17,445 bases of DNA, taken from Promethearchaeota archaeon. GTDB lineage: Archaea > Asgardarchaeota > Hermodarchaeia > Hermodarchaeales > Hermodarchaeaceae. The stretch covers positions 1 to 17,445 of the forward strand of contig JBHLPR010000048.1 in assembly GCA_048939245.1 (NCBI GenBank), written 5' to 3'. A model generated the notes under the pieces. It saw only the letters and a program-made list of their open reading frames with translations. It was not told the origin of the DNA and made no database searches. Positions within the stretch are counted from its first letter, which is position 1, and each line of letters opens with the position of its first letter. Positions 8,396 through 15,079 of this stretch are shown here, one piece after another. A program made the translations under genes and the position numbers.

Positions 8396-8842
8396 TTAGA
8401 GGATTTCTTCGGTGTCAAGATCGAGAAGTTCTCGAACTTCGGATTTCAGTTGTGGATTGAGAACGCGGAGACCAAGGTCGTCTGCGCGGTCAAGCATTGC
8501 GAGTCGTTTACGATCACCCACTTGGTGTGCTATTCGAATGACGTGGACTTTCGGATGGAGACCTTCCATTTCTTGGAGATTATGTACTAGTACTTCTTTC
8601 ATGCCTGAGGGGTGATAGTCTCGAAGCTTAGCTGGGCTGCGGTAGCCGATGCCAGGCATTTTCGGCTGTGCCTTTTCGCGTTTACGAATCATGGAATCAA
8701 TACCTTTGGGACGCCGCCAGCCTGTGTCTAAGCGTTTATATCGCCAACTTTCCGGACGTCGAAACTTGGGTTTTCGTTGATTCTGCATTCGTTTCTTGAA
8801 AAGCGCGCGTTGCAATTTTTTGATGTGTTTACTCTTTTTCAT
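8396..8842 (-). CDS. rpl32e: 50S ribosomal protein L32e
   Basis: KPKFRRPESWRYKRL..WRRPKGIDS, GYRSP, HPSG, RIAHQVG, VLNP. Confidence 0.97.
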   Translation of the reverse strand: MKKSKHIKKLQRALFKKRMQNQRKPKFRRPESWRYKRLDTGWRRPKGIDSMIRKREKAQPKMPGIGYRSPAKLRDYHPSGMKEVLVHNLQEMEGLHPKVHVIRIAHQVGDRKRLAMLDRADDLGLRVLNPQLKSEVRELLDLDTEEIL

Positions 8843-8863
8843 TCTCTGTCACACCCAAGTTGG

Positions 8864-9427
8864 CTAAATCTTCCAGTGTCGTTCACCCAGTTGTTTTTCG
8901 AAAACGTAAATTCCATCATGGAACTTACGAGGGTCTTTTCGGCGTAATTTGGTCGAGTGTTGAATGTTTGCCGCAGTTTGTCCAACTAGTTCAATGTCGA
9001 TTCCTTCAAGGATGACATCGTCGCCTTGCACGGTGACCTTCACGCCTGGGAGAATCTTGGCATATCGAGGGGCTTTCTCGCCGTAGAAGTTTTCCACGAT
9101 AAGGCGATCGCCTTGGACTTTGACTGTTGGCGGAAAGTGGGCAAAGACGACTTTCATTTTGTATAGTACGCCGTGAGTTACACCAAGCATCATATTTTCA
9201 ATGTGGGACACAACGGTGCCAACTAACGCAATTTGCCGGCTGCGAGGGTAGTCCACTGAGACTACGACATCATTCCGGTATTTTCTGATGTCAACATCTA
9301 CATGGCTGAAGTCGCGAACAAGTTCACCTTTTGATCCCTGCACGGTTACCAGTTTATCTTTAATCGTCACTGTGGTCCCTTCGAGGATTGGAAGCGATTT
9401 TTCGAATTGTGTAGTTTTTGGTGGCAT
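8864..9427 (-). CDS. rpl6: 50S ribosomal protein L6 (uL6)
   Basis: HIENMMLGVT, AHFP, ENFYGEK, VGQTAANI, KDPRKFHDGIYV. Confidence 0.97.
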   Translation of the reverse strand: MPPKTTQFEKSLPILEGTTVTIKDKLVTVQGSKGELVRDFSHVDVDIRKYRNDVVVSVDYPRSRQIALVGTVVSHIENMMLGVTHGVLYKMKVVFAHFPPTVKVQGDRLIVENFYGEKAPRYAKILPGVKVTVQGDDVILEGIDIELVGQTAANIQHSTKLRRKDPRKFHDGIYVFEKQLGERHWKI

Positions 9428-9448
9428 GTTCTCTTTCCGCTCCTTACT

Positions 9449-9841
9449 TTAGTAGACGTACGCGATCAGTCGTCCTCCATGACCTTGTTCAGCGGCTTCT
9501 CGATGTGTCATGAAGCCTTTCGGAGTTGAAACAATGAGAAAGCCAAATGCCCGAGATGGTAGAAACCGTTTTTCCCATTCCTCAAAGTCATGACGTTTTA
9601 CAGGATGATGGGGGCTAATAACTCCACATTGATTGATTCGACCCAGCAGTTCTACGCGTAGCATTCCAGCTTTTCCATCGTCGATAAATTCGAATTCGCC
9701 GACATAGCCCATACGCTGCATGATACGTAAGGCTGCACCTATTTTCTTCGAGGCGGGGGCGATAATTACCTCAGATTTACGAAGGAGCTCATGATTCATG
9801 ATGGTTGAAAAAGCATCAGCCAATGGATTCTTCACGGTCAT
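9449..9841 (-). CDS. rps8: 30S ribosomal protein S8 (uS8)
   Basis: [61 protein letters not shown] at 9841 behind GAGGTGA. Confidence 0.98.
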   Translation of the reverse strand: MTVKNPLADAFSTIMNHELLRKSEVIIAPASKKIGAALRIMQRMGYVGEFEFIDDGKAGMLRVELLGRINQCGVISPHHPVKRHDFEEWEKRFLPSRAFGFLIVSTPKGFMTHREAAEQGHGGRLIAYVY

Positions 9842-9855
9842 TGTCCTTTTCACCT

Positions 9856-10005
9856 CTAACTAAATTTACGAAAACCGAGTTCTTCTGCAACTTCGCGGAA
9901 GCATCGTCGGCATAGGTTAATGTTGTAGCTGCGTATGATAGCACGGTGTGTTCCACATCGCCGGCAGGTTCGGTATCCCTTACCTTGTTTTTTCTCTTTT
10001 GACAT
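9856..10005 (-). CDS. rps14: 30S ribosomal protein S14 (uS14, zinc-binding, 49 aa)
   Basis: Manual translation, below the ORF-track cutoff: [54 protein letters not shown] overlap with the rpl5 stop. Confidence 0.97.
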   Translation of the reverse strand: MSKEKKQGKGYRTCRRCGTHRAIIRSYNINLCRRCFREVAEELGFRKFS

Positions 10006-10667
10006 CAGAATTCATCCTCCAGGTCAGGTGTGGTGAATTGGATTCCCAGTTCTGTTGAGAGAACAGACATTGCTTCATCAGGAGTAATTCGGTGACGGCG
10101 GGGAACCTTGTGGCGTCCACGTCGTCGGCGGTTAATCCGATAGCCTGGGCGTTCTGTACAGATACAAACGTCCATTCCAAAGATGCCAAGATTCGGGTCG
10201 TATTTGACTCCGGGAATCTGAATGTGTTCGGAGATTCCGAAACTTAGATTACCGGCGTGGTCGACCGAACTAACGGGTATTCGGAAGTCTGTGACATCTA
10301 GGGCACGTTTGGCAAACTCTTTGGCTTTTTCTCCACGGAGGGTGACTTTACAGCCCATGGGTTCTCCTTTTCGGAGACCAAAGTCTCGATTGGTCCGTTT
10401 TGCTAATACATCTGCGGGTGTTTGCCCGGTGAGTTCTTCAAGAATCGTTTTGGCTTTCGACAGAGGTTCTCCAGCCGTTCCCAATGACATATTGACAACG
10501 ACTTTGGAGATGTAGATCTGCCGCATCACATTTTCCTTTTTTGCCTTGGGCTTGGGAGCAGGCTTAGCTGGGGCTGGTTTAGAAGCGGACTTGGCAGTTT
10601 TTGCCTTTGTGGATGCTTTTTTCTTCGTTGGGCTTTTAGGTTTAGCAGTGTTTTTTGTCGTTGACAT
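10005..10667 (-). CDS. rpl5: 50S ribosomal protein L5 (uL5) with a Lys/Ala/Pro-rich N-terminal extension of about 44 aa
   Basis: NVMRQIYISKVVVN, FGLRKGEPMGCKVTLRG, GNLSFGISEHI, YDPNLGIFGMDV. Confidence 0.97.
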   Translation of the reverse strand: MSTTKNTAKPKSPTKKKASTKAKTAKSASKPAPAKPAPKPKAKKENVMRQIYISKVVVNMSLGTAGEPLSKAKTILEELTGQTPADVLAKRTNRDFGLRKGEPMGCKVTLRGEKAKEFAKRALDVTDFRIPVSSVDHAGNLSFGISEHIQIPGVKYDPNLGIFGMDVCICTERPGYRINRRRRGRHKVPRRHRITPDEAMSVLSTELGIQFTTPDLEDEF

Positions 10668-10669
10668 GA

Positions 10670-11410
10670 CTAGCCAGCCTCCGGAATGGATACCAAGGAT
10701 TGGTCTTTACCGAGTGGGAAGACATAGCGAATCGCTGTCAGAATCGTCTGGTCCTTAGTGGTTTGGATGGTACCCAGTCGATTCTCTGGATCAATTTTGA
10801 TGAGTTTCCCTACATTGCCGGTGTGATCTCCACCGGTGATTACAGCGGTGATTCCTTTCTTCAGGGGAATATGTTCCTGTATGGTTTGATCCGGTAATTT
10901 GAGGAGGAGTGTATCACCGGGACGGTAGGGTTCCTTGGGTTTAGCTTTCGGATCTTTAACTTGAAGGAGAATGGTACGGCCATCGTGTAGGTGGAGCTGA
11001 ATGTTTCCCTTAGCGACCGTCTTTTTACCTGTGATTTTGCAAGGCTTGAGGTTTAGTTCTTTCTTGGGAATTTCAAAGAGTCGAAGCAGGTGTTGGGAAT
11101 CAGGGACCACCCGGACCTTTGTTTTGGTTGCAGCAATCTCGATGACATCCATGAGGCCCACGGGGTATTTGTAGTCTTTTCGGATGCGCCCGTCCACTTT
11201 CACGTGTCCTTGTGAGAGGATGCGTCGGGTTTCTCCAAGCGTGGTTGTAAGTTGGAGCATATCTCGGACGATGACGCCTAATGGGATGCCTTCTTGAAGG
11301 GAATGGGGACCTGGGTTGGCACGGATGGTAAAGGGGTGAACCTTACGTTTTATTTGCCAATGGCCAGGTGCAGCCAATCGCTTCATGTGTTTTCTAGGAC
11401 CTTTTGCCAT
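10670..11410 (-). CDS. rps4e: 30S ribosomal protein S4e
   Basis: GPRKHMKRLAAP..W, PGPH, VKVDGRIRKDYKYPVGLMDVI, QLHLHDGRTI. Confidence 0.98.
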   Translation of the reverse strand: MAKGPRKHMKRLAAPGHWQIKRKVHPFTIRANPGPHSLQEGIPLGVIVRDMLQLTTTLGETRRILSQGHVKVDGRIRKDYKYPVGLMDVIEIAATKTKVRVVPDSQHLLRLFEIPKKELNLKPCKITGKKTVAKGNIQLHLHDGRTILLQVKDPKAKPKEPYRPGDTLLLKLPDQTIQEHIPLKKGITAVITGGDHTGNVGKLIKIDPENRLGTIQTTKDQTILTAIRYVFPLGKDQSLVSIPEAG

Positions 11411-11414
11411 GTGT

Positions 11415-11801
11415 TTAATCCTCCTTTTTAGTCAGACCGGCTCGGGCGGCGGCTTTTCGATCGATGATGGCCTGACGGGTTTTATCGATGTTGAGTTTGG
11501 TAATCATGACATTTTCTGGGCGGATGGGAAATGGAACCGCCGAGCCATCCACCTTTTCGAGTGTGATGTTTTCGATGCTCAGTTTGAGGTGCTTCATGTC
11601 GATTTCAAGCACATCGCCTTCTGAGTCGCGGAATGCCCCGCGGGTAATTAGGACGGTGTCACCTTTGTGTACGGGAATTCGTTTGATGCCGTGTTTGTCC
11701 ACAAGTTCTGGTGCGAGCTTCGCTGTGAGTTGTTTATGGCGACGATGCCAGGGTGCAGTGTATCGGGCTTTTCGTTGTTTCTTAGGTTTTCGTGAAGTCA
11801 C
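11415..11801 (-). CDS. rpl24: 50S ribosomal protein L24 (uL24)
   Basis: SRKPKKQRKARYTAPWH, PVHKGDTVLITRG, PIRPENVMITKL. GTG start. Confidence 0.97.
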   Translation of the reverse strand: MTSRKPKKQRKARYTAPWHRRHKQLTAKLAPELVDKHGIKRIPVHKGDTVLITRGAFRDSEGDVLEIDMKHLKLSIENITLEKVDGSAVPFPIRPENVMITKLNIDKTRQAIIDRKAAARAGLTKKED

Positions 11802-11814
11802 TTCTTTTCAGCTC

Positions 11815-12237
11815 CTAGACGATGATACTCGCCACGCTGGCGATTCGGGGCCATCGTTCAGCGGCTTCGCGAGCGATGGGACCACGGATTTCTGAGCCTT
11901 GTGGATCTCCTGTTTCTGAGGTGATGACGATAGCATTATCTTCAAAGCGAATCCATTGACCACCTTTCCGGCGGTAGGGTTTGCGTTGGCGGACAATGAT
12001 TCCACGAAGGACTTGGCGGCGCATTTTGGGGGTTCCAGCCTTACAGGCGACCACTACCATATCCGCTACACTGGCAGCGGGTTGGCGTCGGAGTCGACCA
12101 TGATACCCAATGACGGAGATAATTTCCACTATCCGTGCTCCACTGTTATCTGCAACCGTTAATCGAGCGCCTGTGGGCAGCCCACGAGTAATGCGCGTTC
12201 GCGCAACACCTGCCGTCTTCCGTCCGCGTTTCACCAT
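11815..12237 (-). CDS. rpl14: 50S ribosomal protein L14 (uL14)
   Basis: [43 protein letters not shown]. Confidence 0.98.
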   Translation of the reverse strand: MVKRGRKTAGVARTRITRGLPTGARLTVADNSGARIVEIISVIGYHGRLRRQPAASVADMVVVACKAGTPKMRRQVLRGIIVRQRKPYRRKGGQWIRFEDNAIVITSETGDPQGSEIRGPIAREAAERWPRIASVASIIV

Positions 12238-12581
12238 TAATCTGTCTCCTCCTTGCGTTTGATTCGCTCCACAACGACATGGGAGACGGTTTTGCTAATT
12301 TGACGGCATTCAGCGATTCGGACGGTATCTCCCACTTCAAGAGGAATACATGGGGGATGATGCGCTGCGGTCATGGAGTGGCTGCGGGCATATCGACGGT
12401 ATTTTTTGATAAACCGTAGATAATCACGGCGAACAGTCACTGTACCCTTCATCTTGGTACTAGCAACCACGCCTTCGAGTGTACGTTCTCGGACAGGGAG
12501 TGTCCCGTGAAAGGGGCAGTTGGGATCTTCACATTCCTGTTCGGGTGGCTTGACTTTTAGACCAATATCACGAGCTACCAT
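12237..12581 (-). CDS. rps17: 30S ribosomal protein S17 (uS17)
   Basis: [37 protein letters not shown]. Confidence 0.98.
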   Translation of the reverse strand: MVARDIGLKVKPPEQECEDPNCPFHGTLPVRERTLEGVVASTKMKGTVTVRRDYLRFIKKYRRYARSHSMTAAHHPPCIPLEVGDTVRIAECRQISKTVSHVVVERIKRKEETD

Positions 12582-12856
12582 CGTAGTTTTTTCGCCCTCC
12601 TTAAGCGTTCTGCGGGATGCCCGACTAGAGCGTTCCCCTCAATGTCAGCTGTTCTGCCATTGGGGAGAGATAGTTCAAAGAGGCTGGAGACCTTCGGAAT
12701 CTGTCGACTTCGAAGTCCATCCGAAAGTGTAAGCATATTCTCGGTATCGTCCACAATGACGCCAGAAATTCCGCAAAGATTAGGATTGGTGGCGTGCTTA
12801 ACTGCAGCAGACAAGCCGATCAGGGGTTGGAGTGTGAGTCGAAGGTTGTAACGCAT
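12575..12856 (-). CDS. rnp1: Ribonuclease P protein subunit Rpp29/Pop4
   Basis: LIGL, GISGVIVDDTENML, IPK, IEGNALVGHPAERL; usual position before rps17. Confidence 0.92.
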   Translation of the reverse strand: MRYNLRLTLQPLIGLSAAVKHATNPNLCGISGVIVDDTENMLTLSDGLRSRQIPKVSSLFELSLPNGRTADIEGNALVGHPAERLRRAKKLRW

Positions 12857-12858
12857 AC

Positions 12859-13092
12859 TTATTCGCCTCCTCGCGAGCTTTCTGCAGCAGCGCGATATGC
12901 CTCTTCATTATTCACCGTAAGTATCCGAGCAATGTTTTTCCGAATCCCACGAATCACACCCGGATTTTCCATGCCTGCTCCAGACATCATGGCGGCACGT
13001 TGTTTTGCTAGCTCAGCACGAAGTTCGTCTAGCTTGCGATTCCGTTCGTCAAGATTCATGTTCCGAATTTCTTCCATTGTAAGTAACGCCAT
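12859..13092 (-). CDS. rpl29: 50S ribosomal protein L29 (uL29)
   Basis: EEIRNM, KLDELRAEL, ENPGVIRGIRKNIARILTV. Confidence 0.96.
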   Translation of the reverse strand: MALLTMEEIRNMNLDERNRKLDELRAELAKQRAAMMSGAGMENPGVIRGIRKNIARILTVNNEEAYRAAAESSRGGE

Positions 13093-13112
13093 AGCCCACC
13101 TGCCTCCTTACC

Positions 13113-14309
13113 TCACTTCTTCGAAGACTTCGTAGATTTCGAAGTCTTCTCTTTCGAATCCTTGGTCTTCTTGTCCTTTTTTGGAGCCTTTGTCGTTTTG
13201 GCTTTCTTTGTAGTCTTGGCTTTGGGTTTCTCTGCCGCCTTCTTCTCTTTCGCCTTGGGCTTAGCCTCAGCTTTTTCTTTCTTCGCCTTTTTCTTGGGTT
13301 CCGCTTTTGGTTTGGCTTTAGGTTCAGCTTTCGCTTTTTTCGCCTTGGGTTTCTCTGCCGCCTTCTTCTCTTTCGCCTTGGGCTTGGTTTTTTCCTTCTT
13401 TGCCTTGGGTTCAGCTTTCAGTTTTTCGGGTTCTTTTTTCTTGGGCGGTTTCGTTTCAGGTTCCTTCTTGGGTTCCGCCTTCGGCTCCTTCGGAGCTGGT
13501 GTTTCTTCAGGTGCAGGAACCGCTTCGGGTACTGGCTCAGAGGGTGTTTCTGGTGCTTCTTCCGGAGGTTTCGGTACTTCTGGTTCAGCTGGTTCGGTCC
13601 CTTCATCCATGAACTCTTCTATCGAGGGAGCTTCTTCGATGGGTAGTTCTTCTTCGACCACTTCAATTTCCTCACCTTCGGGTGCGGGTGCAGGAACCGC
13701 TTGCACCTCAACTTCTTTGTGAACAATCACAGGATGATCCGGTGCCACAGCATCTGGTAACATGATACGGACTTGGACGCCTAACACGCCGGGTTTCATC
13801 ACCGCAAAAGCCCACCCATGACTCACGGCGCTACGAATTGGTTCACCGGTCTTAGCCACGAAGCCACTGCGGAATTTTTGATACCGAGCACGGCGACTAG
13901 TAAGTTTACCAGCGATGGAGATTTCCACGCCCTTTGCCCCAGCCCCAATGATTCGGCGAAGGACCCCATAGGCGGCACGGCGAAAGTGGTCACCACGTTC
14001 GAGCCGTTGGGCTAAGCGTTCGGCCATAATGGGACCGTTCAGTTCGGGTACTTCGACTTCATTCACTTCAATTTGGGGTGCTTCCAACCCGAAATCCTGT
14101 TCTAAGGTTTCGGTTAACGCGCGCACGGTGGTGCCCCGGCGACCAATAACCATACCGGGACGTGCCGCATAGACAACAACCCGCATCCCCAACGGGGTTT
14201 TTTGGAGGTCGACACCAGCATAACCTGCACGGCGAAGCTCCTGGCGTAAAAAGTCATTCACTTTGACTTTCAGTAATCCGCGATTGATGAAATGATCTTC
14301 TGCTGGCAT
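13113..14309 (-). CDS. rps3: 30S ribosomal protein S3 (uS3) with an acidic-then-basic low-complexity C-terminal tail of about 200 aa
   Basis: AGYAGV, RPGMVIGRRG (KH domain), LERGDHFRRA, GAKGVEISIAGKL, KPGVLGVQVRIM. Confidence 0.98.
   Translation of the reverse strand: MPAEDHFINRGLLKVKVNDFLRQELRRAGYAGVDLQKTPLGMRVVVYAARPGMVIGRRGTTVRALTETLEQDFGLEAPQIEVNEVEVPELNGPIMAERLAQRLERGDHFRRAAYGVLRRIIGAGAKGVEISIAGKLTSRRARYQKFRSGFVAKTGEPIRSAVSHGWAFAVMKPGVLGVQVRIMLPDAVAPDHPVIVHKEVEVQAVPAPAPEGEEIEVVEEELPIEEAPSIEEFMDEGTEPAEPEVPKPPEEAPETPSEPVPEAVPAPEETPAPKEPKAEPKKEPETKPPKKKEPEKLKAEPKAKKEKTKPKAKEKKAAEKPKAKKAKAEPKAKPKAEPKKKAKKEKAEAKPKAKEKKAAEKPKAKTTKKAKTTKAPKKDKKTKDSKEKTSKSTKSSKK
13222..13385. repeat. Perfect 41-bp direct repeat inside the rps3 tail (13222-13262 and 13345-13385)
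   Basis: TTGGGTTTCTCTGCCGCCTTCTTCTCTTTCGCCTTGGGCTT occurs twice, 123 bp apart, and encodes KPKAKEKKAAEKPK on the minus strand. Confidence 0.9.
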
Positions 14310-14311
14310 GT

Positions 14312-14773
14312 TTACTCCTCCGTTAAGACAATCTCAATATGCACCATCTGTTCATTGAATTTCGTCGATGAGCCCCGAGCCCGTTCAATAAAGCGCTTAA
14401 TCAGCCGACCCGGATACGATGAAATGTGCGTAATGCGGAGCCGGTCCAAGTCTAATCCCTTATAATCCGCGTTATTCTCCGCGTTTGCTAACACCCCTAA
14501 AATGACCTTCGAGGCCTTCACGGGGTACCGTCCCGAATCCGCTTTATGCAACCCCTTGCGATGCCCGACCTGCTTATCATAGCGTCGATAGGGCACCGCT
14601 TGGCGCATAGCAATCACCGCTTCAAGATAGGCTTTCGCTGCTTCCAAGCGGAGGCCACGTAATTCGTTACAAATTTCCCGCGCAGCTTTGGGGGAAATCC
14701 GAACCTCGCGTCCGCTCGCCCGAGCCGTCTTGTCGGGATCCAGACCAATGATCGAATAGCCGAAATTGGGCAT
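14312..14773 (-). CDS. rpl22: 50S ribosomal protein L22 (uL22)
   Basis: RISPKAAREIC, VPYRRY, GRYPVKA, NAENNADYKGLD, RARG, HIEIVL. Confidence 0.98.
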   Translation of the reverse strand: MPNFGYSIIGLDPDKTARASGREVRISPKAAREICNELRGLRLEAAKAYLEAVIAMRQAVPYRRYDKQVGHRKGLHKADSGRYPVKASKVILGVLANAENNADYKGLDLDRLRITHISSYPGRLIKRFIERARGSSTKFNEQMVHIEIVLTEE

Positions 14774-14903
14774 AGGGTATCCAACCTAGATGGTTACAAC
14801 ACTCACTTTGCAGGTTGCAGCAGCAAGAACGAGAATCACAGGAACCCTCGGCGCTGGTCCGCACTCCCAAACAACGTGAGAGCGAGGAGAGGGATGCCAT
14901 GTA

Positions 14904-14922
14904 CCCTATATAAGAATTCTGC
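14904..14922 (-). promoter_or_regulatory. Putative TATA-box promoter of the rpl22-led operon
   Basis: TTATATAG at 14913-14906 on the minus strand is the only strong TATA-like element in this intergenic region. It predicts a transcription start near 14884 and a leader of about 110 nt. Confidence 0.6.
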
Positions 14923-14944
14923 TCATCGCGACACCCGACAGCTC

Positions 14945-15079
14945 TTATTCTAAGACAAACGGCTTAGACCCAGTCAAAATTACCTCAGGAAGCACTTCAC
15001 GATGCTTTTGAAGAAACGCCACATCCGCCTTCTTATCCCGCCCCGAATCTGGCAACAACTCCGGAATCGCCTCCACTCG
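14945..15079 (-). pseudogene. Stranded original 3' end (44 codons plus TAA) of the trm112-like gene
   Basis: Translates as RVEAIPELLPDSGRDKKADVAFLQKHREVLPEVILTGSKPFVLE*, with 31/44 aa identical to the C-terminus encoded at 16877-16734. Homology stops abruptly at about 15080, and the 5' two-thirds of the gene is missing here. Confidence 0.92.

Noticed and set aside
12857-12858. No sui1 (aIF1) gene between rpl29 and rnp1
   Set aside because: Its presence at this position varies among archaea, so the absence is not informative.
13200-13500. Repeats in the rps3 tail as a CRISPR array or non-coding repeat
   Set aside because: They are in-frame coding repeats with irregular spacing and no unique spacers or cas genes.
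13162-13722. 186-aa plus-strand Phe/Ala/Leu/Ser-rich ORF that looks like a membrane protein (similarly 4819-5133 and 10546-10758)
   Set aside because: These are antisense shadows of the Lys/Glu-rich tails of rps3, rpl15 and rpl5.
14667-14900. 77-aa Cys/Ser-rich minus-strand ORF upstream of rpl22 as a leader peptide
   Set aside because: Its ATG lies only about 6 nt from the TATA box, upstream of the predicted transcription start. It overlaps rpl22 out of frame and has no recognisable homology.
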